Part shown: piece after piece, positions 13,601 to 28,735 of the stretch
How positions within the stretch are numbered: position 1 is the first letter of the stretch
Layout: the number at the start of each line of letters is the position of its first letter
Assembly: GCA_965655095.1 (NCBI GenBank)
Contig: OZ296656.1
Location: 74,400,001 to 74,464,000, forward strand
DNA length: 64,000 nt
Direction of reading: 5' to 3'
Origin: Haplodiscus bocki
Taxonomy: Eukaryota
Made by a program: the position numbers and the translations under genes
Notes under the pieces: model-generated
Told to the model about the DNA's origin: nothing
Database searches by the model: none
The model's input: only the letters and a program-made list of their open reading frames with translations

Positions 13601-16600
13601 GTACCAAATTCAGGACGCTGAGATGACGATATTTTTGCGCTACCCTTCGGGCCCTTTTTGGCTGGTTTTTGACCAAGTCTCTAGTTTGTCTTGATGTTAT
13701 TTTGAACTGAGCATACTTTTTCTCTAAACAAAACGAGTTTGTTACGTCTGCTGTTGTCAATTTTTGGTTCCTTTTCGCTTAGTGTTGCTGATCTAGATGT
13801 ATCTTGTGTGTCTAATCTTTTCCTCGGTCAGCTTAGAACTAGTTGTCTCCAGTGGAACCTATATTGTGTTCGGCCTTTGTTGTAGGTCTTTTGTTTTTGA
13901 GATGTCTAGGAAAGACTTGCTGTAACTGGAGCTGAAAAACACGACCCTGTCATGATTAGACATAGACTCTGCCTACTACTCTTAGAACTTGACTTTTGAT
14001 CAGCACTGTATGTTCTATGATACGTCTCGTGGAACTGATATTTTTTGGTACCCTTTGTTTTCAAAAAGTCGCTGACGCTTCTGGAAACTTTGGTGTTTTT
14101 GTTCCTGCTCATTGATGATATGCCTAACCTTTAATTTTTTTTTGTTTCTGTGGCCTGTTCAAATTTAAATTCTCGTGACCAGTCTTGTCCCATGTTGGCA
14201 CTTTTCCTACCTAATTACTTTAAAGACAAATAGTCAGAACTTGCGAAAAGTGAGTATTGCACTCACGACCTTAAGATTATGAGAAGTACGCGCTGCTATC
14301 TGCTCCATTTTTGCTTGATGTTGACCAGCCTTTGTAGTTTTATGTGAAGTTTTTCTCAACTGAGATTCAATTTGTCCCTTTCTCAAGCAACTTTCTTTTC
14401 TCTTCGTTGTTGTCAATTTTGGTTCGCTTTTGATCTGCTTTAATGATGCATTGGTTGTGTTGTTTCGAGCCTGTGTACAGTAAGTGGCCTCTAGTTCACT
14501 TATGTTGTTGTTGGCTTTTGCTTGGCTAACTTTGTTGCCAAGCCTGGGAAACTTGCAAAACTATGTACCAAATTCAGGACGCTGAGATGACGATATTTTT
14601 GCGCTACCCTTCGGGCCCTTTTTGGCTGGTTTTTGACCAAGTCTCTAGTTTGTCTTGATGTTATTTTGAACTGAGCATACTTTTTCTCTAAACAAAACGA
14701 GTTTGTTACGTCTGCTGTTGTCAATTTTTGGTTCCTTTTCGCTTAGTGTTGCTGATCTAGATGTATCTTGTGTGTCTAATCTTTTCCTCGGTCAGTTTAG
14801 AACTAGTTGTCTCCAGTGGAACCTATATTGTGTTCGGCCTTTGTTGTAGGTCTTTTGTTTTTGAGATGTCTAGGAAAGACTTGCTGTAACTGGAGCTGAA
14901 AAACACGACCCTGTCATGATTAGACATAGACTCTGCCTACTACTCTTAGAACTTGACTTTTGATCAGCACTGTATGTTCTATGATACGTCTCGTGGAACT
15001 GATATTTTTTGGTACCCTTTGTTTTCAAAAAGTCGCTGACGCTTCTGGAAACTTTGGTGTTTTTGTTCCTGCTCATTGATGATATGCCTAACCTTTAATT
15101 TTTTTTGTTTCTGTGGCCTGTTCAAATTTAAATTCTCGTGACCAGTCTTGTCCCATGTTGGCACTTTTCCTACCTAATTACTTTAAAGACAAATAGTCAG
15201 AACTTGCGAAAAGTGAGTATTGCACTCACGACCTTAAGATTATGAGAAGTACGCGCTGCTATCTGCTCCATTTTTGCTTGATGTTGACCAGCCTTTGTAG
15301 TTTTATGTGAAGTTTTTCTCAACTGAGATTCAATTTGTCCCTTTCTCAAGCAACTTTCTTTTCTCTTCGTTGTTGTCAATTTTGGTTCGCTTTTGATCTG
15401 CTTTAATGATGCATTGGTTGTGTTGTTTCGAGCCTGTGTACAGTAAGTGGCCTCTAGTTCACTTATGTTGTTGTTGGCTTTTGCTTGGCTAACTTTGTTG
15501 CCAAGCCTGGGCAAACTCGCAAATTTATGTACCAATTTCAGGACGCTGAGATGACGATATTTTTGCGCTACCCTTCGGGCTCTTTTCGGCTGGTTTTTGA
15601 CCAAATCTCTAGTTTGTCTTGATGTTATTTTGAACTGAGCATACTTTTTCTCTAAATAAAACGAGTTTGTTACGTCTGCTGTTGTCAGTTTTTGGTTCCT
15701 TTTCGCTTAGTGTTGCTGATCTGGATGTATCGTGTGTGTCTAATCATTTCCTCGTTCAGTTTAGAACTAATTGTCTTCAGTGGAACTTATATTGTGTTCG
15801 GCCTTTGTTGTAGGTTTTTGGTTTTTGAGGTGACTAGGAAAGACTTGCGGTAACTGGAGTTGAAAAACACGACCTTGTCATGATTAGACATAGACTCTGC
15901 CTACTACTCTTAGAACATGACTTTTGATCAGCACTGTATGTTCTATGATACGTCTCGTGGAACTGATATTTTTTGGTACCCTTTGTTTTCAAAAAGTCGC
16001 TGACGCTTCTGGAAACTTTGGTGTTTTTGTTCCTACTCATTGATGATATGCCTAACCTTTAATTTTTTTTGTTTCTGTGGCCTGTTTAAATTTAAATTCT
16101 CGTGAGCAGTCTTGTCCCATGTTGGCACTTTTCTTACCTAATTACTTTAAAGACAAATAGTCAGAACTTGCGAAAAGTGAGTATTGCACTCACGCCCTTA
16201 AGATTATGAGAAGTACGCGCTGCTATCTGCTCCATTTTTGCTTGATGTTGACCAGCCTTTGTAGTTTTATGTGAGGTTTTTCTCAACTGAGATTCAATTT
16301 GTCCCTTTCTCAAGCAACTTTCTTTTCTCTTCGTTGTTGTCAATTTTGGTTCGCTTTTGATCTGCTTTAATGATGCATTGGTTGTGTTGTTTCGAGCCTG
16401 TGTACAGTAAGTGGCCTCTAGTTCACTTATGTTGTTGTTGGCTTTTGCTTGGCTAACTTTGTTGCCAAGCCTGGGCAAACTCGCAAAACTATGTACCAAA
16501 TTCCGGACGCTGAGATGACGATATTTTTGCGCTACCCTTCGGGCCCTTTTCGGCTGGTTTTTGACCAATTCTCTAGTTTGTCTTGATGTTATTTTGAACT

Positions 16601-19600
16601 GAGCATACTTTTTCTCTAAACAAAACGAGTTTGTTACGTCTGCTGTTGTCAATTTTTGGTTCCTTTTCGCTTAGTGTTGCTGATCTAGATGTATCGTGTG
16701 TGTCTAATCATTTCCTCGTCAGTTTAGAACTAGTTGTTTCCAGTGGAACTTATATTGTGTTCGGCCTTTGTTGTAGCTCTTTTGTTTTCGAGATGTCTAG
16801 GAAAGACTTGCTGTAACTGGTGCTGAAAAACACAACCCTGTCATGATTAGACATAGACTCTGCCTACTACTCTTAGAACATGACTTTTGATCAGCACTGT
16901 ATGTTCTATGATACGTCTCGTGGAACTGATGTTTTTTGGTTCCCTTTGTTCTTAAAAAGTGGCTGACGCTTCTTGAAACTTTGCTTTTTTTGTTCCTGCT
17001 CATTGATGAAATGCTTAATCTTTAATTTTTTTTGTTTCTGTGGCCTGTTCAAAACTAAATTCTCGTGAGCAGTCTTGTCCCATGTTGGCACTTTTCTCCC
17101 TAATTATTTAAAAACAAATAGTCAGAACTTGCGAAATTGAGTATCGCACTCACGACCTTAAGATTATTAGAAGTACGCGCTGCTATCAGCTCCATTGTCG
17201 CTTGATGTTGACCAGCCTTTGTAGTTTTACGTGAGGTTTTTCTCAACTGAGATTCACTTTGTCCCTTTCTCAAGCAACTTTCTTTTCTCTTCGTTGTTGT
17301 CAATTTTGGTTCGCTTTTGATCTGCTTTAATGATGCATTGGTTGTGTTGTTTCGAGCCTGTGTACAGTAAGTGGCCTCTAGTTCACTTATGTTGTTGTTG
17401 GCTTTTGCTTGGTTAACTTTGTTCCCAAGCCTGGGCAAACTTGCAAAAACTATGTACCACATTCAGGACGCTGAGATGATGATATTTTTGCGCTGCCCTT
17501 CGGGCCCTTTTCGGCTGGTTATTGACCAGGTCTCTAGTTTGTCTTGATGTTATTTTGAACTGAGCATACTTTTTCTCTAAACAAAACGAGTTTGTTACGT
17601 CTGCTGTTGTGAATTTTTGGTTCCTTTTCGCTTAGTGTTGCTGATCTAGATGTATCGCGTGTGTCTAATCATTTCCTCGGTCAGTTTAGAACTAGTTGTT
17701 TCCAGTGGAACTTATATTGTGTTCGGCCTTTGTTGTAGCTCTTTTGTTTTTGAGATGTCTAGGAAAGACTTGCTGTAACTGGAGCTGAAAAACACAACTT
17801 TGTCATGATTAGACATAGACTCTGCCTACTACTCTTAGAACATGCCTTTTGATCAGCACTGTATGTTCTATGATACGTCTCGTGGAACTGATGTTTTTTG
17901 GTTCCCTTTGTTCTTAAAAAGTGGCTGACGCTTCTTGAAACTTTGCTTTTTTGTTCCTGCTCATTGATGAAATGCTTAATCTTTAATTTTTTTGTTTCTG
18001 TGGCCTGTTCAAAACTAAATTCTCGTGAGCAGTCTTGTCCCATGTTGGCACTTTTCTTCCCTAATTATTTAAAAACAAATAGTCAGAACTTGCGAAATTG
18101 AGTATCGCACTCACGACCTTAAGATTATGAGAAGTACGCGCTGCTATCTGCGCCGTTGTCGCTTGATGTTGACCAGCCTTTGTAGTTTTATGTGAAGTTT
18201 TTCTCAACTGAGATTCAATTTGTCCCTTTCTCAAGCAACTTTCTTTTCTCTTCGTTGTTGTCAATTTTGGTTCGCTTTTGATCTGCTTTAATGATGCATT
18301 GGTTGTGTTGTTTCGAGCCTGTGTACAGTAAGTGGCCTCTAGTTCACTTATGTTGTTGTTGGCTTTTGCTTGGCTAACTTTGTTGCCAAGCCTGGGCAAA
18401 CTCGCAAATTTATGTACCAAATTCAGGACGCTGAGATGACGATATTTTTGCGCTACCCTTCGGGCCCTTTTCGGCTGGTTTTTGACCAAATCTCTAGTTT
18501 GTCTTGATGTTATTTTGAACTGAGCATACTTTTTCTCTAAATAAAACGAGTTTGTTACGTCTGCTGTTGTCAATTTTTGGTTCCTTTTCGCTTAGTGTTG
18601 CTGATCTAGATGTATCGTGTGTGTCTAATCATTTCCTCGTCAGTTTAGAACTAGTTGTTTCCAGTGGAACTTACATTGTGTTCGGCCTTTGTTGTAGCTC
18701 TTTTGTTTTCGAGATGTCTAGGAAAGACTTGCTGTAACTGGTGCTGAAAAACACAACCCTGTCATGATTAGACATAGACTCTGCCTACTACTCTTAGAAC
18801 ATGACTTTTGATCAGCACTGTATGTTCTATGATACGTCTCGTGGAACTGATGTTTTTTGGTTCCCTTTGTTCTTAAAAAGTGGCTGACGCTTCTTGAAAC
18901 TTTGCTTTTTTTGTTCCTGCTCATTGATGAAATGCTTAATCTTTAATTTTTTTTGTTTCTGTGGCCTGTTCAAAACTAAATTCTCGTGAGCAGTCTTGTC
19001 CCATGTTGGCACTTTTCTCCCTAATTATTTAAAAACAAATAGTCAGAACTTGCGAAATTGAGTATCGCACTCACGACCTTAAGATTATTAGAAGTACGCG
19101 CTGCTATCAGCTCCATTGTCGCTTGATGTTGACCAGCCTTTGTAGTTTTACGTGAGGTTTTTCTCAACTGAGATTCACTTTGTCCCTTTCTCAAGCAACT
19201 TTCTTTTCTCTTCGTTGTTGTCAATTTTGGTTCGCTTTTGATCTGCTTTAATGATGCATTGGTTGTGTTGTTTCGAGCCTGTGTACAGTAAGTGGCCTCT
19301 AGTTCACTTATGTTGTTGTTGGCTTTTGCTTGGTTAACTTTGTTCCCAAGCCTGGGCAAACTTGCAAAAACTATGTACCACATTCAGGACGCTGAGATGA
19401 TGATATTTTTGCGCTGCCCTTCGGGCCCTTTTCGGCTGGTTATTGACCAGGTCTCTAGTTTGTCTTGATGTTATTTTGAACTGAGCATACTTTTTCTCTA
19501 AACAAAACGAGTTTGTTACGTCTGCTGTTGTGAATTTTTGGTTCCTTTTCGCTTAGTGTTGCTGATCTAGATGTATCGCGTGTGTCTAATCATTTCCTCG

Positions 19601-22600
19601 GTCAGTTTAGAACTAGTTGTTTCCAGTGGAACTTATATTGTGTTCGGCCTTTGTTGTAGCTCTTTTGTTTTTGAGATGTCTAGGAAAGACTTGCTGTAAC
19701 TGGAGCTGAAAAACACAACTTTGTCATGATTAGACATAGACTCTGCCTACTACTCTTAGAACATGCCTTTTGATCAGCACTGTATGTTCTATGATACGTC
19801 TCGTTGAACTGATGTTTTTTGGTTCCCTTTGTTCTTAAAAAGTGGCTGACGCTTCTTGAAATTTTGCTTTTTTTGTTCCTGCTCATTGATGAAATGCTTA
19901 ATCTTTAATTTTTTTGTTTCTGTGGCCTGTTCAAATTTAAATTCTCGTGAGCAGTCTTGTCCCATGTTGGCACTTTTCTTACCTAATTACTTTAAAGACA
20001 AATAGTCAGAACTTGCGAAAAGTGAGTATTGCACTCACGACCTTAAGATTATGAGAAGTACGCGCTGCTATCTGCTCCATTTTTGCTTGATGTTGACCAG
20101 CCTTTGTAGTTTTATGTGAGGTTTTTCTCAACTGAGATTCAATTTGTCCCTTTCTCAAGCAACTTTTTTTTCTCTTCGTTGTCAATTTTGGTTCGCTTTT
20201 GATCTGCTTTAATGATGCATTGGTTGTGTTGTTTTGCGCCTGTGTACAGTAAGTGGCCTCTAGTTCACTTATGTTGTTGTTGGCTTTTGCTTGGCTAACT
20301 TTGTTGCCAAGCATGGGCAAACTTGCAAAACTATGTACCAAATTCAGGACGCTGAGATGACGATATTTTTGCGCTGCCCTTCGGGCCCTTTTCGGCTGGT
20401 TATTGACCAGGTCTCTAGTTTGTCTTGATGTTATTTTGAACTGAGCATACTTTTTCTCTAAACAAAACGAGTTTGTTACGTCTGCTGTTGTCAATTTTTG
20501 GGTCCCTTTCGCTTAGTGTTGCTGATCTAGATGTATCGTGTGTGTCTAATCATTTCCTCGTCAGTTTAGAACTAGTTGTTTCCAGTGGAACTTATATTGT
20601 GTTCGGCCTTTGTTGTAGCTCTTTTGTTTTCGAGATGTCTAGGAAAGACTTGCTGTAACTGGTGCTGAAAAACACAACCCTGTCATGATTAGACATAGAC
20701 TCTGCCTACTACTCTTAGAACATGACTTTTGATCAGCACTGTATGTTCTATGATACGTCTCGTGGAACTGATGTTTTTTGGTTCCCTTTGTTCTTAAAAA
20801 GTGGCTGACGCTTCTTGAAACTTTGCTTTTTTTGTTCCTGCTCATTGATGAAATGCTTAATCTTTAATTTTTTTTGTTTCTGTGGCCTGTTCAAAACTAA
20901 ATTCTCGTGAACAGTCTTGTCCCATGTTGGCACTTTTCTCCCTAATTATTTAAAAACAAATAGTCAGAACTTGCGAAATTGAGTATCGCACTCACGACCT
21001 TAAGATTATTAGAAGTACGCGCTGCTATCAGCTCCATTGTCGCTTGATGTTGACCAGCCTTTGTAGTTTTACGTGAGGTTTTTCTCAACTGAGATTCACT
21101 TTGTCCCTTTCTCAAGCAACTTTCTTTTCTCTTCGTTGTTGTCAATTTTGGTTCGCTTTTGATCTGCTTTAATGATGCATTGGTTGTGTTGTTTCGAGCC
21201 TGTGTACAGTAAGTGGCCTCTAGTTCACTTATGTTGTTGTTGGCTTTTGCTTGGTTAACTTTGTTCCCAAGCCTGGGCAAACTTGCAAAAACTATGTACC
21301 ACATTCAGGACGCTGAGATGATGATATTTTTGCGCTGCCCTTCGGGCCCTTTTCGGCTGGTTATTGACCAGGTCTCTAGTTTGTCTTGATGTTATTTTGA
21401 ACTGAGCATACTTTTTCTCTAAACAAAACGAGTTTGTTACGTCTGCTGTTGTGAATTTTTGGTTCCTTTTCGCTTAGTGTTGCTGATCTAGATGTATCGC
21501 GTGTGTCTAATCATTTCCTCGGTCAGTTTAGAACTAGTTGTTTCCAGTGGAACTTATATTGTGTTCGGCCTTTGTTGTAGCTCTTTTGTTTTTGAGATGT
21601 CTAGGAAAGACTTGCTGTAACTGGAGCTGAAAAACACAACTTTGTCATGATTAGACATAGACTCTGCCTACTACTCTTAGAACATGACTTTTGATCAGCA
21701 CTGTATGTTCTATGATACGTCTCGTGGAACTGATGTTTTTTGGTTCCCTTTGTTCTTAAAAAGTGGCTGACGCTTCTTGAAACTTTGCTTTTTTTGTTCC
21801 TGCTCATTGATGAAATGCTTAATCTTTAATTTTTTTTGTTTCTGTGGCCTGTTCAAAACTAAATTCTCGTGAACAGTCTTGTCCCATGTTGGCACTTTTC
21901 TCCCTAATTATTTAAAAACAAATAGTCAGAACTTGCGAAATTGAGTATCGCACTCACGACCTTAAGATTATTAGAAGTACGCGCTGCTATCAGCTCCATT
22001 GTCGCTTGATGTTGACCAGCCTTTGTAGTTTTACGTGAGGTTTTTCTCAACTGAGATTCACTTTGTCCCTTTCTCAAGCAACTTTCTTTTCTCTTCGTTG
22101 TTGTCAATTTTGGTTCGCTTTTGATCTGCTTTAATGATGCATTGGTTGTGTTGTTTCGAGCCTGTGTACAGTAAGTGGCCTGTAGTTCACTTATGTTGTT
22201 GTTGGCTTTTGCTTGGTTAACTTTGTTCCCAAGCCTGGGCAAACTTGCAAAAACTATGTACCACATTCAGGACGCTGAGATGACGATATTTTTGCGCTGC
22301 CCTTCGGGCCCTTTTCGGCTGGTTATTGACCAGGTCTCTAGTTTGTCTTGATGTTATTTTGAACTGAGCATACTTTTTCTCTAAACAAAACGAGTTTGTT
22401 ACGTCTGCTGTTGTCAATTTTTGGTTCCTTTTCGCTTAGTGTTGCTGATCTAGATGTATCGTGTGTGTCTAATCATTTCCTCGTCAGTTTAGAACTAGTT
22501 GTTTCCAGTGGAACTTATATTGTGTTCGGCCTTTGTTGTAGCTCTTTTGTTTTCGAGATGTCTAGGAAAGACTTGCTGTAACTGGTGCTGAAAAACACAA

Positions 22601-25600
22601 CCCTGTCATGATTAGACATAGACTCTGCCTACTACTCTTAGAACATGACTTTTGATCAGCACTGTATGTTCTATGATACGTCTCGTGGAACTGATGTTTT
22701 TTGGTTCCCTTTGTTCTTAAAAAGTGGCTGACGCTTCTTGAAACTTTGCTTTTTTTGTTCCTGCTCATTGATGAAATGCTTAATCTTTAATTTTTTTTGT
22801 TTCTGTGGCCTGTTCAAAACTAAATTCTCGTGAGCAGTCTTGTCCCATGTTGGCACTTTTCTCCCTAATTATTTAAAAACAAATAGTCAGAACTTGCGAA
22901 ATTGAGTATCGCACTCACGACCTTAAGATTATTAGAAGTACGCGCTGCTATCAGCTCCATTGTCGCTTGATGTTGACCAGCCTTTGTAGTTTTACGTGAG
23001 GTTTTTCTCAACTGAGATTCACTTTGTCCCTTTCTCAAGCAACTTTCTTTTCTCTTCGTTGTTGTCAATTTTGGTTCGCTTTTGATCTGCTTTAATGATG
23101 CATTGGTTGTGTTGTTTCGAGCCTGTGTACAGTAAGTGGCCTCTAGTTCACTTATGTTGTTGTTGGCTTTTGCTTGGTTAACTTTGTTCCCAAGCCTGGG
23201 CAAACTTGCAAAAACTATGTACCACATTCAGGACGCTGAGATGATGATATTTTTGCGCTGCCCTTCGGGCCCTTTTCGGCTGGTTATTGACCAGGTCTCT
23301 AGTTTGTCTTGATGTTATTTTGAACTGAGCATACTTTTTCTCTAAACAAAACGAGTTTGTTACGTCTGCTGTTGTGAATTTTTGGTTCCTTTTCGCTTAG
23401 TGTTGCTGATCTAGATGTATCGCGTGTGTCTAATTATTTCCTCGGTCAGTTTAGAACTAGTTGTTTCCAGTGGAACTTATATTGTGTTCGGCCTTTGTTG
23501 TAGCTCTTTTGTTTTTGGGATGTCTAGGAAAGACTTGCTGTAACTGGAGCTGAAAAACACAACTTTGTCATGATTAGACATAGACTCTGCCTACTACTCT
23601 TAGAACATGACTTTTGATCAGCACTGTATGTTCTATGATACGTCTCGTGGAACTGATGTTTTTTGGTTCCCTTTGTTCTTAAAAAGTGGCTGACGCTTCT
23701 TGAAACTTTGCTTTTTTTGTTCCTGCTCATTGATGAAATGCTTAATCTTTAATTTTTTTTGTTTCTGTGGCCTGTTCAAAACTAAATTCTCGTGAGCAGT
23801 CTTGTCCCATGTTGGCACTTTTCTCCCTAATTATTTAAAAACAAATAGTCAGAACTTGCGAAATTGAGTATCGCACTCACGACCTTAAGATTATTAGAAG
23901 TACGCGCTGCTATCAGCTCCATTGTCGCTTGATGTTGACCAGCCTTTGTAGTTTTACGTGAGGTTTTTCTCAACTGAGATTCACTTTGTCCCTTTCTCAA
24001 GCAACTTTCTTTTCTCTTCGTTGTTGTCAATTTTGGTTCGCTTTTGATCTGCTTTAATGATGCATTGGTTGTGTTGTTTCGAGCCTGTGTACAGTAAGTG
24101 GCCTCTAGTTCACTTATGTTGTTGTTGGCTTTTGCTTGGTTAACTTTGTTCCCAAGCCTGGGCAAACTTGCAAAAACTATGTACCACATTCAGGACGCTG
24201 AGATGATGATATTTTTGCGCTGCCCTTCGGGCCCTTTTCGGCTGGTTATTGACCAGGTCTCTAGTTTGTCTTGATGTTATTTTGAACTGAGCATACTTTT
24301 TCTCTAAACAAAACGAGTTTGTTACGTCTGCTGTTGTGAATTTTTGGTTCCTTTTCGCTTAGTGTTGCTGATCTAGATGTATCGCGTGTGTCTAATTATT
24401 TCCTCGGTCAGTTTAGAACTAGTTGTTTCCAGTGGAACTTATATTGTGTTCGGCCTTTGTTGTAGCTCTTTTGTTTTTGAGATGTCTAGGAAAGACTTGC
24501 TGTAACTGGAGCTGAAAAACACAACTTTGTCATGATTAGACATAGACTCTGCCTACTACTCTTAGAACATGACTTTTGATCAGCACTGTATGTTCTATGA
24601 TACGTCTCGTGGAACTGATGTTTTTTGGTTCCCTTTGTTCTTAAAAAGTGGCTGACGCTTCTTGAAACTTTGCTTTTTTTGTTCCTGCTCATTGATGAAA
24701 TGCTTAATCTTTAATTTTTTTTGTTTCTGTGGCCTGTTCAAAACTAAATTCTCGTGAGCAGTCTTGTCCCATGTTGGCACTTTTCTCCCTAATTATTTAA
24801 AAACAAATAGTCAGAACTTGCGAAATTGAGTATCGCACTCACGACCTTAAGATTATTAGAAGTACGCGCTGCTATCAGCTCCATTGTCGCTTGATGTTGA
24901 CCAGCCTTTGTAGTTTTACGTGAGGTTTTTCTCAACTGAGATTCACTTTGTCCCTTTCTCAAGCAACTTTCTTTTCTCTTCGTTGTTGTCAATTTTGGTT
25001 CGCTTTTGATCTGCTTTAATGATGCATTGGTTGTGTTGTTTCGAGCCTGTGTACAGTAAGTGGCCTCTAGTTCACTTATGTTGTTGTTGGCTTTTGCTTG
25101 GTTAACTTTGTTCCCAAGCCTGGGCAAACTTGCAAAAACTATGTACCACATTCAGGACGCTGAGATGATGATATTTTTGCGCTGCCCTTCGGGCCCTTTT
25201 CGGCTGGTTATTGACCAGGTCTCTAGTTTGTCTTGATGTTATTTTGAACTGAGCATACTTTTTCTCTAAACAAAACGAGTTTGTTACGTCTGCTGTTGTG
25301 AATTTTTGGTTCCTTTTCGCTTAGTGTTGCTGATCTAGATGTATCGCGTGTGTCTAATCATTTCCTCGGTCAGTTTAGAACTAGTTGTTTCCAGTGGAAC
25401 TTATATTGTGTTCGGCCTTTGTTGTAGCTCTTTTGTTTTTGAGATGTCTAGGAAAGACTTGCTGTAACTGGAGCTGAAAAACACAACTTTGTCATGATTA
25501 GACATAGACTCTGCCTACTACTCTTAGAACATGCCTTTTGATCAGCACTGTATGTTCTATGATACGTCTCGTTGAACTGATGTTTTTTGGTTCCCTTTGT

Positions 25601-28600
25601 TCTTAAAAAGTGGCTGACGCTTCTTGAAATTTTGCTTTTTTTGTTCCTGCTCATTGATGAAATGCTTAATCTTTAATTTTTTTGTTTCTGTGGCCTGTTC
25701 AAATTTAAATTCTCGTGAGCAGTCTTGTCCCATGTTGGCACTTTTCTTACCTAATTACTTTAAAGACAAATAGTCAGAACTTGCGAAAAGTGAGTATTGC
25801 ACTCACGACCTTAAGATTATGAGAAGTACGCGCTGCTATCTGCTCCATTTTTGCTTGATGTTGACCAGCCTTTGTAGTTTTATGTGAGGTTTTTCTCAAC
25901 TGAGATTCAATTTGTCCCTTTCTCAAGCAACTTTTTTTTCTCTTCGTTGTCAATTTTGGTTCGCTTTTGATCTGCTTTAATGATGCATTGGTTGTGTTGT
26001 TTTGCGCCTGTGTACAGTAAGTGGCCTCTAGTTCACTTATGTTGTTGTTGGCTTTTGCTTGGCTAACTTTGTTGCCAAGCATGGGCAAACTTGCAAAACT
26101 ATGTACCAAATTCAGGACGCTGAGATGACGATATTTTTGCGCTGCCCTTCGGGCCCTTTTCGGCTGGTTATTGACCAGGTCTCTAGTTTGTCTTGATGTT
26201 ATTTTGAACTGAGCATACTTTTTCTCTAAACAAAACGAGTTTGTTACGTCTGCTGTTGTCAATTTTTGGTTCCTTTTCGCTTAGTGTTGCTGATCTAGAT
26301 GTATCGTGTGTGTCTAATCATTTCCTCGTCAGTTTAGAACTAGTTGTTTCCAGTGGAACTTATATTGTGTTCGGCCTTTGTTGTAGCTCTTTTGTTTTCG
26401 AGATGTCTAGGAAAGACTTGCTGTAACTGGTGCTGAAAAACACAACCCTGTCATGATTAGACATAGACTCTGCCTACTACTCTTAGAACATGACTTTTGA
26501 TCAGCACTGTATGTTCTATGATACGTCTCGTGGAACTGATGTTTTTTGGTTCCCTTTGTTCTTAAAAAGTGGCTGACGCTTCTTGAAACTTTGCTTTTTT
26601 TGTTCCTGCTCATTGATGAAATGCTTAATCTTTAATTTTTTTTGTTTCTGTGGCCTGTTCAAAACTAAATTCTCGTGAACAGTCTTGTCCCATGTTGGCA
26701 CTTTTCTCCCTAATTATTTAAAAACAAATAGTCAGAACTTGCGAAATTGAGTATCGCACTCACGACCTTAAGATTATTAGAAGTACGCGCTGCTATCAGC
26801 TCCATTGTCGCTTGATGTTGACCAGCCTTTGTAGTTTTACGTGAGGTTTTTCTCAACTGAGATTCACTTTGTCCCTTTCTCAAGCAACTTTCTTTTCTCT
26901 TCGTTGTTGTCAATTTTGGTTCGCTTTTGATCTGCTTTAATGATGCATTGGTTGTGTTGTTTCGAGCCTGTGTACAGTAAGTGGCCTCTAGTTCACTTAT
27001 GTTGTTGTTGGCTTTTGCTTGGTTAACTTTGTTCCCAAGCCTGGGCAAACTTGCAAAAACTATGTACCACATTCAGGACGCTGAGATGACGATATTTTTG
27101 CGCTGCCCTTCGGGCCCTTTTCGGCTGGTTATTGACCAGGTCTCTAGTTTGTCTTGATGTTATTTTGAACTGAGCATACTTTTTCTCTAAACAAAACGAG
27201 TTTGTTACGTCTGCTGTTGTGAATTTTTGGTTCCTTTTCGCTTAGTGTTGCTGATCTAGATGTATCGCGTGTGTCTAATCATTTCCTCGGTCAGTTTAGA
27301 ACTAGTTGTTTCCAGTGGAACTTATATTGTGTTCGGCCTTTGTTGTAGCTCTTTTGTTTTCGAGATGTCTAGGAAAGACTTGCTGTAACTGGTGCTGAAA
27401 AACACAACCCTGTCATGATTAGACATAGACTCTGCCTACTACTCTTAGAACATAACTTTTGATCAGCACTGTATGTTCTATGATACGTCTCGTGGAACTG
27501 ATGTTTTTTGGTTCCCTTTGTTCTTAAAAAGTGGCTGACGCTTCTTGAAACTTTGCTTTTTTTGTTCCTGCTCATTGATGAAATGCTTAATCTTTAATTT
27601 TTTTTGTTTCTGTGGCCTGTTCAAAACTAAATTCTCGTGAACAGTCTTGTCCCATGTTGGCACTTTTCTCCCTAATTATTTAAAAACAAATAGTCAGAAC
27701 TTGCGAAATTGAGTATCGCACTCACGACCTTAAGATTATTAGAAGTACGCGCTGCTATCAGCTCCATTGTCGCTTGATGTTGACCAGCCTTTGTAGTTTT
27801 ACGTGAGGTTTTTCTCAACTGAGATTCACTTTGTCCCTTTCTCAAGCAACTTTCTTTTCTCTTCGTTGTTGTCAATTTTGGTTCGCTTTTGATCTGCTTT
27901 AATGATGCATTGGTTGTGTTGTTTCGAGCCTGTGTACAGTAAGTGGCCTCTAGTTCACTTATGTTGTTGTTGGCTTTTGCTTGGTTAACTTTGTTCCCAA
28001 GCCTGGGAAAACTTGCAAAAACTATGTACCACATTCAGGACGCTGAGATGACGATATTTTTGCGCTGCCCTTCGGGCCCTTTTCGGCTGGTTATTGACCA
28101 GGTCTCTAGTTTGTCTTGATGTTATTTTGAACTGAGCATACTTTTTCTCTAAACAAAACGAGTTTGTTACGTCTGCTGTTGTGAATTTTTGGTTCCTTTT
28201 CGCTTAGTGTTGCTGATCTAGATGTATCGCGTGTGTCTAATCATTTCCTCGGTCAGTTTAGAACTAGTTGTTTCCAGTGGAACTTATATTGTGTTCGGCC
28301 TTTGTTGTAGCTCTTTTGTTTTTGAGATGTCTAGGAAAGACTTGCTGTAACTGGAGCTGAAAAACACAACTCTGTCATGATTAGACATAGACTCTGCCTA
28401 CTACTCTTAGAACATGCCTTTTGATCAGCACTGTATGTTCTATGATACGTCTCGTTGAACTGATGTTTTTTGGTTCCCTTTGTTCTTAAAAAGTGGCTGA
28501 CGCTTCTTGAAATTTTGCTTTTTTTGTTCCTGCTCATTGATGAAATGCTTAATCTTTAATTTTTTTTGTTTCTGTGGCCTGTTCAAAACTAAATTCTCGT

Positions 28601-28735
28601 GAGCAGTCTTGTCCCATGTTGGCACTTTTCTTCCCTAATTATTTAAAAACAGTCAGAATTTGCGAAATTGAGTATCGCACTCACGACCTTAAGATTATTA
28701 GAAGTACGCGCTGCTATCTGCGCCATTGTCGCTTG
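4630..28735 (-). pseudogene. About 26 A-monomer tRNA-Met pseudogenes in the homogenised core (one per unit)
   Basis: The T-loop is changed to TGCGATA or TGCAATA (B box broken), D-loop GG is changed to AG, the acceptor stem has a mismatch (TTTTCGC), and the downstream TTTT is replaced by TTCT. Confidence 0.85.
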
